Source of the DNA: Octopus vulgaris
Taxonomy: Eukaryota
Reading direction: 5' to 3'
Length of the DNA stretch: 64,000 nucleotides
Assembly (NCBI GenBank): GCA_951406725.2
Contig: OX597835.1
Span: 2,790,001-2,854,000 of the forward strand
Shown one piece after another: positions 42,086 through 56,035 of this stretch. Below the pieces are notes generated by a model, which was not told where the DNA came from, made no database searches, and saw nothing but the letters and a program-made list of their open reading frames with translations. Both the position numbers and the translations under genes were made by a program. Each line of letters starts with the position of its first letter. The first letter of the stretch is position 1.

Positions 42086-42321
42086 CAATTCCAGTGTAGA
42101 TGCAATAACAAGAAATGACAAGAAAGGGCATTATCCCTTCCCTGCCCTTCCAGCCTTCCATCATTTGTCATTTGATACCAGCATCCTTCACACCTGTGTC
42201 TTAACCTATTATCCTACACCATCGTAATATAATATAAAACATACATACACACTTACGTATATTTTTATACATACACAGAAATGTATACACAGGCATATAT
42301 ATATATATATAAATATATATA

Positions 42322-42353
<32 letters not shown>

Positions 42354-42357
42354 AATA

Positions 42358-42432
<75 letters not shown>

Positions 42433-42653
42433 GCACACAGACGGGCGTATACGTACGCATGTAATGCTGTCGGTAATTGTATACGGGTATTTGTAGTTAC
42501 TTTATTCGATCTATTATGTGTACGGCCATACTGTAGCACCACAAGACTTTACGTGCGTACATATGCATACACACACATATGTACAAATATACACGTTATA
42601 TGTATGTATATACATTGATTTATACATATCTGTCTAGCTATCTAAGTATATAC

Positions 42654-42708
<55 letters not shown>

Positions 42709-42719
42709 ATGTATGTATG

Positions 42720-42795
<76 letters not shown>

Positions 42796-42979
42796 GTTTA
42801 TATATTTGTTGTGCAAGATTTTTTATGTGAAGTCGTGTGTTGAAACAGATATTGCTATATTTCGGAATGGTCATTTTGCCAGTTTAGCCAATAAAAACAC
42901 ACGCACTATATATTTGGTGTTACTTTGCTTCAGTGTTATTTATTTTTTACATTAATCTTAATCTTATTATATATATATC

Positions 42980-43557
42980 TACAAGGCGCATTCAAAGAGC
43001 TTCATTTTTCCCGCCAAAACTAATGTCGCATGGACGAAACTTTGGGGTTGGGAGGTAAGACCCCATATTCTGCAGTTGCGTGAAAACTTTCGCGCGTGTC
43101 AGCTGTGTCAGTTGCCATCTGCTACGCCTAGAGCACAGACGTGTCGCTCGCGCTCGTCGGAGTTTCCATTTCAGCGCATTCATCGAGCAGTGATATTGCA
43201 TGAAGTTTTCGCCATAAGCTTTATGATACCCAAGCTCAAACCGTCCAGAAAATCCAGCAGGGCCTTAGTCATGACGTCATAGGTAAACCTCAGATCAAGG
43301 AACAGGAGAACCGCTTCAAACATGGCAGCACCTTAGTGGAGTGTGAGGCAGGCACAAGCAGATCCTCGGCAAGCAAGGCTACAACTGAGAAGGTTCGAAG
43401 ACTAGTCATGGCGGAGCGTCGTATAACAATCCAGGAAATTGCTCACGAAGCGGGAATAAGTACAGGATTAGGGTTAGTGCATTCCTTTTTAACGGAGAAT
43501 TTGCGCATGTGGAGAGTGTCGGCTAAATTCGTCCCCAAGGTGCTGACACGGCAGCAG
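42980..43557 (+). mobile_element. mariner transposon 5' part, degenerate transposase HTH region
   Basis: Starts next to TA; EKVRRLVMAERRITIQEIAHEAGIS...LRMWRVSAKFVPKVLT (WVPHEL-equivalent linker). Confidence 0.85.
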
Positions 43558-43755
43558 AGGAGGCGCATGGGCCCAGTGGTTACTAAGGCAGCGGACTCGC
43601 GGTCGTAAGAACGCGGTTTCGATTCCCAGACCGGGAATTGTGAATGTTTATTGAGCAAAAACACCTAAGCTCCACGAAGCTCCGGCGGGGGAGGGTGGTG
43701 AACCTCGCTGTACTTTTTCACCACAACTTTCTCTCACTCTTTCTTCCTACTTCTG
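43558..43755 (+). mobile_element. SINE family C 5' part
   Basis: ggaggcgcatgggcccagtgg...ggtttcgattccc...caactttctctcactc. Confidence 0.85.
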
Positions 43756-44855
43756 CCACAAACAAGAGGAACTATGGTGTAACCCACTATGCTGTGGTAA
43801 ACTTTCAGACCCTAGTCTAGATTGCGAATCCTCTGTACCCCAGGATGGTTCAGCTCTCCACCCGTTAAAAGCCACCGTTTACGGAATGAGGATAACAACG
43901 TAGCTTTCGCGCCCGTGCAACCGCCAGTGTATCGTGTGTGGTGGGTGGATCTTCAAGTTGCCACACGCATTCTTAGTGGCTTAGAGTAGGCTCGAATTAG
44001 AGATTATTCTTTGTGGCTAATGGCGTGAGCCCTGATTGGAGGAAGAGGAGGAAAAAGCAATACGAGGACAGTAACTGCTGCTGCGGCAGATGTCACCGAT
44101 TGGCATTTGTGTTGAGTGTAGAATGAAATGAGGCACCTTTCTAAAGGGGACCCATGCACCATCCTGTCCAGTAATCGATCTTATTTTCTTGCAATGCTCA
44201 ACTGAACATCTTAACCATGAGGTCACGATCAATGAATGTTATGAATCTTCTCGCTCCACTTCTTCTATTTTCTCTCCCCGCTCACTTTTGGTCCTTTCTT
44301 TCATAACCTTCTTTTAATTTGTCCCCGAAAACTATTCTTTCCACATCTCTTGTATTCTTTCACCCTCTTTCTGTCTCGCTTTCTCGAAACCTCTAAAACC
44401 CTCGCTCTTATACATCCCTTGTGCACGTCCTCTTGTTGAGTGTTAATCTCCATCATTTGTTTATTTGAATTCTTTGTTCAATTGAATTGACCAGCACAAT
44501 TGATGAACTGTTGTTAAACTCCACAATCAAGAGCCCTTCACAGTTCAGCCATCCACTTCCTCATTCTCTCAGAATACCACAAAGTGACCCATCGTCATCT
44601 TTGTCACCATGTTCTCCTGCTACTAGCCTTACCAACACTAGGCGATTGCAGCAACATGATCAGTATTAGAAGTCCCGAAATTCCTCTACACACACCAACA
44701 CCCACCCACATACACACACACACACGTGCACACACACACATACATACATATATATATATATGCATTCATACATACATACATACATACATACACACATATA
44801 CATGCAAACATTCATATATATATACATACATATATATATATATATATACACATAC

Positions 44856-44888
<33 letters not shown>

Positions 44889-44889
44889 C

Positions 44890-44920
<31 letters not shown>

Positions 44921-44944
44921 CACATACATACATACATACATACA

Positions 44945-44988
<44 letters not shown>

Positions 44989-45037
44989 CATATATATATA
45001 TACATATACACATACATACATTTATATATATATATAC

Positions 45038-45107
<70 letters not shown>

Positions 45108-45295
45108 GTAAATATATATATTTATATATGTATATGTATGATGCGCGTGTGGACAGGGTTCGATTCTCACGCCTACTAATCACCGTTTCTTTCCGTCGCG
45201 GGCTTGTTTGCCCCAATATTAGACTCTTTTCTACAGCCTACAAGCTTATAATAATAGTAGTAGTAGTAGTAGTGGTAGTGGTAGTAGTAGTAGTG

Positions 45296-45356
<61 letters not shown>

Positions 45357-46129
45357 GAAGAAGAAGAAGAAGAAGAAGAATCTTTGTCGTTGTGGATGTT
45401 ATGCATGTCTGTGTTTCCGATGTATTACTCCGCGTATCGCAACCTTTATGAAGATTTCTGAATGGAACTTTTATCGATCTCCAGCGATTTAAATTCCTCA
45501 ACGTATTGGTTTCTCTGTGTTGTATAATATGTAAACTTCAGAATCTCATCGGACACCAGTCGGTTGCTTGTCTGACCATTTCTTCTATTATATATTTTTG
45601 TTTGTGTTATCTTTTGATTTTTTTTTTCAGTCATTAGACTTAGAGCCATGCTGGCTCACTGGCCGGAATGGTTTTGGACGAACAACTGGACCCCAGTTTC
45701 AAGCCTTGTAATTGTTCTATAAGTTTATTTTATGTAAATGTATCGTTAAATGAAAAAACACCGTTTATGCAGCGGTGTGGGGACACAAAAACAGAAAGAC
45801 GCACATACACATATATATATATATATATATATATACAGACATAAAGTACACACACACATACGCACACACACACACCAGGGTATTAACAAAACTAATACCT
45901 TGGTGTAGAACTCAATATACGTACGTTTCAGAACACATGGAACAGGGGATCCGCTAAAATTTTGTTGGCCCCAAAACTCGATATTGCACTCCCAACTCAG
46001 GCTTAGAAAATAGTGTTTTTAAATCTATAAAAAATACTTGAAGTTAGGTTTCTTCACAAAATAAGAAAAAAAGAACTAAAATACATAAAAAGAAAACATC
46101 CCCAAATCTCTAGAAATATATATTTACTC

Positions 46130-46490
46130 ATCATCATCATCATTGTTCGACCGTGGTTGAGACAATGGAATTTACCATGCTACGCCAGACTTCACGGTCC
46201 ATCATGGCATTACGGAGGTCCTGTTGCTGGATGCCTGTATACATGGAGATTACATCAGGGTAGGAGAGTGTGCGCCCTCTGGTATTGCGAGTAGATGGCT
46301 TCCAGAGGAGAAGGGTAGAAATTACTTCTTTTTCAGCTCTACAACAATGTCCAGCAAACTGACACAAGAGATGACACAGGTGGTAGTTTCCCATATATTT
46401 GCATTTTGGTTGGATGGCGCTTCTACGAGAGATTTTGAACTCTCATAAGGAGGCGAGTGTAGGTTCCATCTAACCGCCTCTCAACTGTCT
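46130..46490 (-). mobile_element. RTE-like LINE 3' end
   Basis: QFAGHCCRAEKEVISTLLLWKP...AMMDREVWRSMV followed by a (TGA)n tail. Confidence 0.8.
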
Positions 46491-46944
46491 CAATACTAGC
46501 ACAATTGATGAACTATTAAACTCCACAATCAAGAGCCCTTCACATTTCAGCCATCCACTTCCTCATTCTCTCAGAATACCACAAAGTGACCCATCGTCAT
46601 CTTTGTCATCATGTTTTACAGCTACCACCCATATCCCAGCTAAGCAATTGCAACAACAAGATCAACACTGGAAGTCACTAGAACAATTGATGACCTTCTC
46701 AGTCCACAGAAATTCTCCGCAGAATAAAACAAGTGACCCATCGTCATCGTCATTATACTCTACGGTAGTATCATTACCACTACTACTATTCCAATTAGTG
46801 AAGAATCACTCCACTCTTTCCCCATTGTCCATCTCAATCTGAATGTATACCAGACCAGCTCCTTGATAAATAAGCCAACTGTATAATTATAAACAGGGCA
46901 AATTTTAGCCATTTCTCCGCAGACGGAAAAGAAATGACGAACAA

Positions 46945-46985
46945 CCTTAATCGATTTTCGAACTGTATTAGGCTCTCATCGGAGG
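46945..46985 (-). ncRNA. Minimal type I hammerhead candidate (U4C core)
   Basis: Minus strand: cct-CCGATGA-gagc(ctaataca)gttc-GAAA-atcgat-TA-agg; palindromic stem III. Confidence 0.7.
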
Positions 46986-47248
46986 CGTCCACATCATTCT
47001 CAGGCGCCAGGGAAACAAGCAGCCAAACTGTTTATATACTCAACAAATGCAGCAGTTACTCTATGAAGGAATCCCTAATTTGCATACCGAACATTTTTAA
47101 GACTCGATGAATACCAGCGGCCTGTCAACGGGGATCTTGGTCCACACAGTATCAAGGTGTGATATAATAAATATGTAACATACGGTATAATTATAAACAG
47201 GGCAAATTTTAGCCATTTCTCCGCAGACGGAAAAGAAATGATGAACAA

Positions 47249-47288
47249 CCTTAATCGATTTTCGAACCTTATTTCGTTCTCATCATTC
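47249..47288 (-). ncRNA. Second tandem hammerhead-like motif (C3 altered, 5' stem I lost)
   Basis: Minus strand: ATGATGA-gaac(gaaataag)gttc-GAAA-atcgat-TA-agg. Confidence 0.5.
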
Positions 47289-49701
47289 TGACATTAATTA
47301 GGTAGACGTCATTTCTGTCTTCTCTCGCCTCTCGGCACTTTTTTTCTATTTTCTTCTCTTCTATTTATTCTATTTCCTTTACAAATTTCTTCCATGTGTT
47401 ACCCATTACAATTTGTCTTGGCCCAACGGCCCTTAATATTTGTCTTCGTCGATTGTTTACTTTGTACGTCCACTCTGTTCTTGTTTTTTTCGTTCGAAGC
47501 TACAACTGTCCACAAATCTTATAGTTTAAACATTTCTGGGTGCTGCTGTCTTAGGAGGTTTTCCTATCTTGTCATTAAAAGCACGAAACAGGGAGAAATA
47601 AAACAGTCGACAACTGAGGAGGAGTTGGACTTCTTTTGGCATTTTCTCCTGTACTTATCTGTGTGTTTATGTATCTTTCATTTGTTGCTGATGTCCTTTA
47701 CTTATAATGTCCTGTACTTAATGTGTATGTTTTTTATTTATAATCGAACGCCATGCAGCCTTGTCCACAGTAATTATATGCATACATACGTACCTACCTA
47801 CATATATACATACATACATGCATGCATACATACATACATACATACATACATGCATGCATACATACATGCATACATACATACATACATACATACATACATA
47901 CATACATACATACATACATACATACATACATACATACATACATACGTTGTATCATGTGGCGGACTGCGCGTGTATGGGAGATAACGATGTCTGCATAATC
48001 ATTGGTGGGATTAGATGTTGGAAATTGAAATTAAAGAATAAAGAAGACGCTTAGAATATAGATGACTATTTTTTATTTATTTGTTTTGCTTACACTTTAC
48101 GAAATCGTAAAATTTCTCTACATCAACTCATTCATTTACGAACTCATCAAACGGCTCGAAACTTTGCGATATTTTTATAGATACACTAATGTGGTGTAAT
48201 TGCACTTTAGTACTTTCAGGTTTTGTGAAGTCCAGCTTCCCAAGATTGCAATCGGAGCAGTTAAACACGTAACCAAATTTTCCAATGACCACAAATAAAG
48301 TTTACATCCGGGTAACATATCTGTAGATTTCTCATTAGTTCGCCATGTTTTCGTTTTCTGTTTCTTCTTTTATCTTTAAATCTTAACGTCTGCTGGGTAA
48401 CTGATTCCTACAGCTGTGCACAGTATATTTTCTCAAACGTAGATTATGTTTCGTCTGCAATGCTTATATTTTAATGTGGTTTTGACAGAAAGATTCTACA
48501 CGTTTTCTTTTCTACGGTTGGTTAATATTCCTTTCACATTACTGTAACATCTTTTATGCTCATCTTTGAGACGGTTTTATTCAAAGATTGTTTTATCTAG
48601 TTTTACATTAAACATGATACACTGGAGCTGATAGTCATATTTACACTGACTGAAGTTTTCGATGTTTATATATATCGCTCATATTTCCGGTGTTACTTCA
48701 CCAATGTCTACATCGTCCATACACTTACAGATAAACTGATAGATACATACACACACTCACACACACACGCACACACACGCACACATATTATATATATATA
48801 ACTTTTAGAAAGCTACTAAAAGTTTCATGTTATAGAATAACAATAAGTTAGTAAAATTACAAATCATGACACATTTCTCCAAGCAAACTTTCAGGGTCAG
48901 TGCTCACCATTACACTTGTTTGAAAACAAGGACGTGGTCCATGAGAAAACATCCGAGAGAAAAAATGAGAACAAAAAAGTGAATGTTGATGCAAAAAATA
49001 GATCGATAAGAAAGAAAGAAACGGCTGAAAAACAAGATTTGTTCTTCTCGTAGAAATTTTAATTAATCTAGCTGGTGTAGAACAATATAATGGAGACGAA
49101 GCCAAACTCTGTGAGGTAGCTACTCACTCCAGAGAGGATGGGTATTCCAGTTCGACAAAATAAATTTGTCCATGTGCTAGAATTGGCTAAAAATGCCTGG
49201 TCTGAAAATAAGTAGAGTGCTGCAATTCTTGGATATAAATGAATGTGCGATTTTTCTGCTGCACATAACATGTATTTATATATGGCGTATATTTCTCTGC
49301 TATTCTCTAAATAATTGTACAGATAGTCTTTAGATGCCATAACTAGCTAGTCTACTGAATGCCGGAAAGAACGCAGGTGGTTTGCTTGTATTCCTTCCTT
49401 TTATTTTCTTTCTTTCCGTTTCACTTTTAGATCAATCTTCCTCGCGTATTTCTTCAGAATTCTTTTTCTCTTCTCTTTATTCAGAGATCACCTTCCCGGT
49501 TTTAAGTAAATCTAACGGTATACATTGCACCCGAAAGCTAACTTCAATACACATGGACTATTATATAAGTCTGCCAAATTATTGTAATTCTACAGCATGT
49601 GATTATTAGTAACGCATTTTTCAAATCTATGTGCATTAAATTATATTCATCTCTAACTGGATGGAGTGCATTTTTAGTTGATCCTACCTGTAACGGGACA
49701 G

Positions 49702-49739
<38 letters not shown>

Positions 49740-49917
49740 CAATAAATGGTGGGGTTGTGTTGACCGCACGTGAAGAAATGATAGGCAAGGAAAAATTATA
49801 AAAAGGTAGAATGCTAAATTTAAGGAAAATTTTAATGAAAATGGGTGTATGGAAAATTTTGAAAAATTAATAAAATATATATATATTTATATATATATTT
49901 ATATATATATATATTAT

Positions 49918-50252
49918 CTTTCACTTGTTTCAGTCATTAGACTTCGGCCATGCTGGGGCACCGGCCTTCAGCAATTCTACCAATGGACTCTAGTAACTAT
50001 TTTCTTTTAAAACCTAGTACTTATTCCAGCTTCCTCTTTTGCCGAACCAATAAATTATGAAAACGTAAACACAACAACGCCGGTTGTCAAGCATCGGTGT
50101 GTGACAACTGCAAACAGAAAGACACACACACACACACACACACAGACATGCACACACACACACACGACAGGCTTGTTTCAGTGTGCGCCTACCAAATCCA
50201 CTCACAATTCTTTATTCGGTCAGAGGCTATAGCAGAAAACACTTGTTGAAGG
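49918..50252 (-). mobile_element. Degenerate SINE family B
   Basis: cagtcatt...ggccatgctgg...ctaccaaatccactcacaa. Confidence 0.7.
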
Positions 50253-50753
50253 TGTATGTGTACGTGTGTGTGTGTCCGTACGCACCATATGTACGCTAGA
50301 TGTTCAATATTAGATTCTATGTCTTTGTTCATTCCAGCAATCTCAAATAAGGACCCTTTACAATGCTTTAGAGCATTTTGGTTGTCCCATGAATAGATTC
50401 TATCTAGACGATGCAAGTCGGTTTCCTTTGCTCTTCTTTGTTATTGTGTTTTGCTGAAATTTATGGCATTCCTAGGTTTTTATGCGAAACTGATATTATA
50501 TAGGCATTTATGATAATAGTTCTAAATTTTTGCCTGGGGATAGCAATTTTTTTGTTAATATGTGTGTGTGTGTAAGTGGTGGGTTAAATCGATTGCATCG
50601 ACCCCAGTATTTCACTGGTATTTCTTTTATCGACTCGAAAAGGATGAAAGGCAAAGTCGACCTCGAACGAAATGTCGCTAAGCATCTTGCCCGGCGTGTT
50701 AACGATTTTCCCAGCTGGCCGCCACATATACATTTAGGATAATCACAAATAAT

Positions 50754-51268
50754 AACAAGATCACTCAGAGAGCGCAAACCTCCGCCAAAGCAATAGCAAC
50801 GCCCTCTCTACGATTAGCTGGAGATGATTTTCAAAATGAGAATATCTGAGATAAACTCGACTGCTCTCACAAACGAGAATGCTAAAAATGATCCCGACCG
50901 CTATACTCCATGTAAAGTAAAGTAAATATAATAGATAATTCAGAATAGTTGTCCAGTGCCGGATCGATCCTAAAATCTAATCAGTTCGTGCCAGTCACGA
51001 GGCCAAACATCTCTGGAAGTTTCATCTGAATCCATCCAGCGGTTCTTGAGATATCTTGTCCACTGACAATCGAACACGAATGAAAACAATACCTATTTCT
51101 TTATTGCCCACAAGGGGCTAAACATAGAGGGTACAAACAAGGACAGACATAGGTATTAAGTCGATTACATCGACCCCAGTGCGAAACTGGTACTTATTTA
51201 ATCGACCCCCGAAAGGATGAAAGGCAAAGTCGACCTCACCTCCGGCAGAGCGAAGGGCGGAGGTAAAT
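50754..51268. mobile_element. Helentron-associated (HINE/DINE-like) element interrupted by SINE A (51094-51237)
   Basis: acaagatcactcagagagcgcaaacctccgcc...aaaatctaatcagttc...aacaatacct[SINE]acctcc...ggcggaggtaa; subterminal inverted repeat acctccgcc/ggcggaggt. Confidence 0.6.
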
Positions 51269-51901
51269 TTAAAGTGCGAATCAACGTGAACTACGCCCCT
51301 CATTAGCTCGCCATAGATGACCTCATTCTCTATAACATAAGAGGCGACATTCTCGTTCGCCGGGCAACTGACGTCTTTAAGTGCGCATGACTTTCCTATA
51401 AATGCGTGTTTTGTACGTTCATGTATACATGTATGTATGTGCTTGAGAACCTGTGTGTGCGTAAGTGCGTGTAGATAAGTGGGTTAGAAGCAACCAAGTG
51501 GTTAATGCTGGTTCGCTGAAGTAGTCTTGTTCGATAACGAAGTTATTCACTCGACGTCGGGAGTTCGTGTTTTCAAGTTGTTAATCTCCCCTCAAGAGTT
51601 TGGAGTATGGAATTCCCGATTTATTTATGGATTTGTGGTTCTATGTTGGTATGTAAGAATGTATGCGCATATGTGTATGTATGTATGTATGTATGTATGT
51701 ATGTATGTATGTATGTATGTATGTATGTATGTATGTATCTATGTATGTATGTATGTATGTTTATCTGAATGGATGAAGAATGGATGATTAATTTCATGTG
51801 TGTATATACGTATATATCAATGCGATTCCTGCATGCATTCGCATACTCGCACGCATAGATACGTACACAAACACACACATACTCACATATACTATATAAT
51901 G

Positions 51902-51942
<41 letters not shown>

Positions 51943-51951
51943 CCATATATG

Positions 51952-51999
<48 letters not shown>

Positions 52000-52214
52000 T
52001 TTGCATGGATACATGAATACATATGAATTATGTACATATGATTGTACACATATAAGTGCATATGCACACACACACATACAGATATACACCCATAAACACA
52101 CCTACAAAGAATGATCTTTCACTCGGACGTTCGTTTCTTTTCCATTAATTCTTTACTGTTGTAAAGTATCTTAGTTATTTTTTCTGTCTTCAGGGGAAAT
52201 GTAATTGTTATTGG

Positions 52215-52425
52215 TTTCGAATTTCGGCACAACGCCAGCAATTTCGAGGGATGCGGTACATCAATTGAATTGACCCCGGTGCTCAACTGGTATTTACTTT
52301 ATTGACCCCCGAGAGGATGAAAGGTAAAGTCGGCTCGGCGGGATTTGAACTCAGAAAGTAAAGACGGACGAAATACCGCTAAGCATTTTACCCGTCGGAC
52401 TAACTATTCTATCATCTCATCGCCT
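52215..52425 (-). mobile_element. SINE family A
   Basis: Family A motifs. Confidence 0.75.
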
Positions 52426-52684
52426 TAAATATAAGGAATTATAATTAATGTTGACTGTACGCCATAAACTGTCTAATAAATATCCATTTAAAGTTAAGTA
52501 TTCTATATTGTATATATGGGCCGAGTTCTTTTAACTACTGCAGGCGTGTTTAAGCGTGTATTTCGTCAGACGTTCATTGGAGTTTACCTCAATGTCAGAC
52601 AATTCAACCCTTTGCCTGTTCTGTGTATCACATGTGAAATGCAGGACATATTTCCCGGCGTTCATGCATCATGGAGGATCATGT

Positions 52685-52988
52685 GATCACGTGACCGACC
52701 AGGCTATCAGATGTTGCTACACGTCGCCGGTCACAACGCGCTTCACATTATTTTAGCCTTCAAATGACTCCACCCTGCTGGCTAAGCGAGCAGGCCAACA
52801 GAAGAAAGAGTGAGAGAAAGTTGTGGCGAAAGAGTACAGCAGGGATCGCCACCACCCCCTGTTGGAGCCTTGTGGAGCTTTAGGTGCTTTCGCTCAAGAA
52901 ACACTCACAACGCCCGGTCTGGAAATCGAAACCGCGATCCTACGACCGTGAGTCCGCTGCCCTAACCACTGGGCCATTGCACCTCCAC
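52685..52988 (-). mobile_element. SINE with C head and body and another tail type
   Basis: Head and body as in 59529-59910, but tail tcacgtgaccgaccaggctatcagatg. Confidence 0.8.
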
Positions 52989-53209
52989 CATCATGGATGA
53001 TATGCATTCCTAATTCATTATGAGCACCAGAGTAACTTGGAACATATGAAAGGAAAGCTTTATATTACTCTAAACGTATGACTATATAATCCAACCCAAA
53101 TATTTCAGTTACGCTAACGTCAACGGAATTACTATTTAGCCTTAAAATACATCGTACATGTTCAAAGAACCTTCTTGGTTTAGTGGGACTGAACGTTTTT
53201 CTGGTATTC

Positions 53210-53520
53210 TTTTATTCTTTCACTTTTTCAGTCATTTGATGCTGGCCATGCTGGAGCACCACTATTTAGTCGAAGAGATTAACCCCTGGACTTATTCCCT
53301 GTAAGCCTGGTGCTTATTCTATCAGTCTCTTTTGCTGAACAACTAAATTACAGTGACGCAAATGCACCAACATCGGTTGTCAAGCTGGTGGTGGGACAAA
53401 CACACACGCACACACACACATCCATCCATTCAACCATCCATCCATCCATCCATCCATCCATCCATACATATATACATACATACATACATACATACATACA
53501 CGCATATATATGACGGGCTT
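53210..53520 (-). mobile_element. SINE family B 3' part
   Basis: ggccatgctggagcacc...catcggttgtcaag...gacgggctt. Confidence 0.75.
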
Positions 53521-53779
53521 GGAGGTAGTGTTGATGTTGGGTGGTGCGATTTTGTTGTTTGCTGGTATGCCGAGATCCAGCGAGCCCCTAATTGGTTTCC
53601 CGATCTTAAAGATGCAATGTGGATGTGTATTGATGGAGTGGATGGTGTGCTGGTGATGCTAGCTGGTGCGGTGGTCTTCCTCACTGTATTTCAAGGCAGA
53701 CAATATTTTGTGTGTATGTCACACCACGTTTTTGGCCTTGCCTTTTATCCCAATTGAGTGTCATAACTCTTTCTTTGAT

Positions 53780-53985
53780 ATTGTTCATAGCTCGTGCTCT
53801 TGAAAATGCGACCTATAATTGGCCATGAGAAAATACCGGTCGAGGCAAATGTATTCCAACTTTTTCAAATGTTTGCCCTTCAGCCTTATTAATTGTCATT
53901 GAATATGCAAGTCGAAGTGGAAACTGAAGTCTGTTTAGTGGGAATGGAATATTTGCATCACTTGGGCTAAGTTTAATTCTGGGAT
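53780..53985 (-). pseudogene. Helitron Pif1-like helicase C-terminal fragment
   Basis: [63 protein letters not shown] (helicase motifs V/VI, internal stop). Confidence 0.9.
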
Positions 53986-54187
53986 TTTCTTTATTCATTT
54001 CCATTTCTTCTGGCGTATATTTCTTGAAAATTTCTGGGTACAAATGTACACATTGCAATGCAAAAGAACTAAATAATAAATGGATTTATGAATGAAAGTT
54101 TGTTAATTGCGTTTATTTCCACCACGCGACACTTATTATTGCAAAGAATTTTTAACTAACCTATACTTATACACACACGCAAATACA

Positions 54188-54337
<150 letters not shown>

Positions 54338-54345
54338 TATATATA

Positions 54346-54446
<101 letters not shown>

Positions 54447-55295
54447 TTTAGAGATAGTAGGCCCCTACATCTCACCATATAAAAATAATTTTTATTTTTA
54501 TTTTAAATACCTCCTGTTTTATTACTTGGTAACACGTGTTTCATGAGGTACATCCTCGGGTTCCTAAACCACCCCGTGTTTTCCTGGAAACCTTCTTAAA
54601 ATGTAACCCGAAGCATCAGGCCCTTATATCACTTTATCAACGTTCAGTACAATAAACTATATTTTAATTTTATAAAACCCTTAAGTATATGTAAAATAGG
54701 TATGTTTAAATTAGTTTCCCTGGACTCTACAGTACAAGCCATAATTCAGATAAAAATTCAAATAAAGATAAAAAGTTACAAAAATAAAGTAAGGAATAGA
54801 ACAGCTAAAAAAATTATGCGAAAATTTTTAAAAACTATGTTAGTAATATAAAAAATATGAATAAAAATGAAAGAGATGGCAAGAAAAAATGTATAAGAAT
54901 AAATATAAATACGAATAAAAATAAAAGGTATGACAAGGAAAATATACACGAATAAAACTTAATAAAGATGGAGGCGATGACGAAAAGATAATTTCAAATA
55001 AAAGCTAGAGTTCCAATTGCGAACTAAAAAATTTCCAATGATACGAATGGTGACTTTATCAAAAATTTACAAAGTAAAATAAAACAAAATAAAATAAAGA
55101 TAAGCGGTGCCCCAGCATGGCCACAGCTCGTGAGCTGAAACTAGATAAAATTAAAAAAATTAAATAAAAATAACTTGATGGTAACGTAAAGAAAATATGC
55201 AATTCAGCGATGGCTCCATTATCCTACAACGTCTTAATTATGGCTTGACATTGCAAAGTCCAGGGAAGTACTCACACCCTATTTCCTGCTACTTT

Positions 55296-55494
55296 AGTGT
55301 TTGTCACCCCAACATTGCTTGACAACCGATGCTGGTGTGTTTACGTCCCCGTAACTTAGCGGTTCGGCAAAAGAGAACGATAGAATGAGTACTAGGCATA
55401 CGAAGAATAAGTCCAGGGGTCGATTTTCTCGACTAAACGCGATGCTCCAACATGGCCGCAGTCAAATGACTGAAACAAGTAAATAAATAAAAGA

Positions 55495-55495
<1 letters not shown>
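55296..55495 (+). mobile_element. SINE family B 3' half
   Basis: gcttgacaaccgatgctggtg...gaaacaagtaa. Confidence 0.85.
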
Positions 55496-55546
<51 letters not shown>

Positions 55547-55605
55547 GTATATATATATAATATATATAAAAGAGTATATATATATATATATATATAATAT
55601 ATATA

Positions 55606-56035
55606 GGCGCAGGAGTGGCTGTGTGGTAAGTAGCTTGCTTACCAACCACATGGTTCCGGGTTCAGTCCCACTGCGTGGCATCTTGGGCAAGTGTCTTCTG
55701 CTATAGCCTCGGGCTATAGCAGTGGATTTGTGAGTGGATTTGGTAGTGGGTGGATTTGGTAGATGGAAACTGAAAGACGCCCGTCGTATATATGTATATA
55801 TATATATGCGTGTGTGTGTTTGTGTGTCTGTGTTTGTCCCCCTAGCATTTCTTGACAACCGATGGTGGTGTGTTTACGTCCCCGTCATTAGCGGTTCGGC
55901 AAAAGGAGACCGATAGAATAAGTACTGGGCTTACAAAAGAATAAGTTCCGGGGTCGAGTTGCTCGACTAAAGGCGGTGCTCCAGCATGGCCGCAGTCAAA
56001 TGACTGAAACAAGTAAAAGAGTAAAGAGTAAAGAG
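55606..56035 (+). mobile_element. SINE family B, full length
   Basis: Family B consensus-like sequence. Confidence 0.9.

Noticed and set aside
41490-42164. 224-aa poly-V/M/D ORF and opposite-strand poly-P ORF
   Set aside because: Trinucleotide low complexity with no domain and no clear splice context
43760-43990. GC-richer stretch considered for an HDV-like ribozyme or LINE 5' UTR
   Set aside because: The nested double pseudoknot could not be built by eye
45495-45557. Minus-strand CCGATGAG...GAAAC
   Set aside because: Stems I and III cannot be formed convincingly
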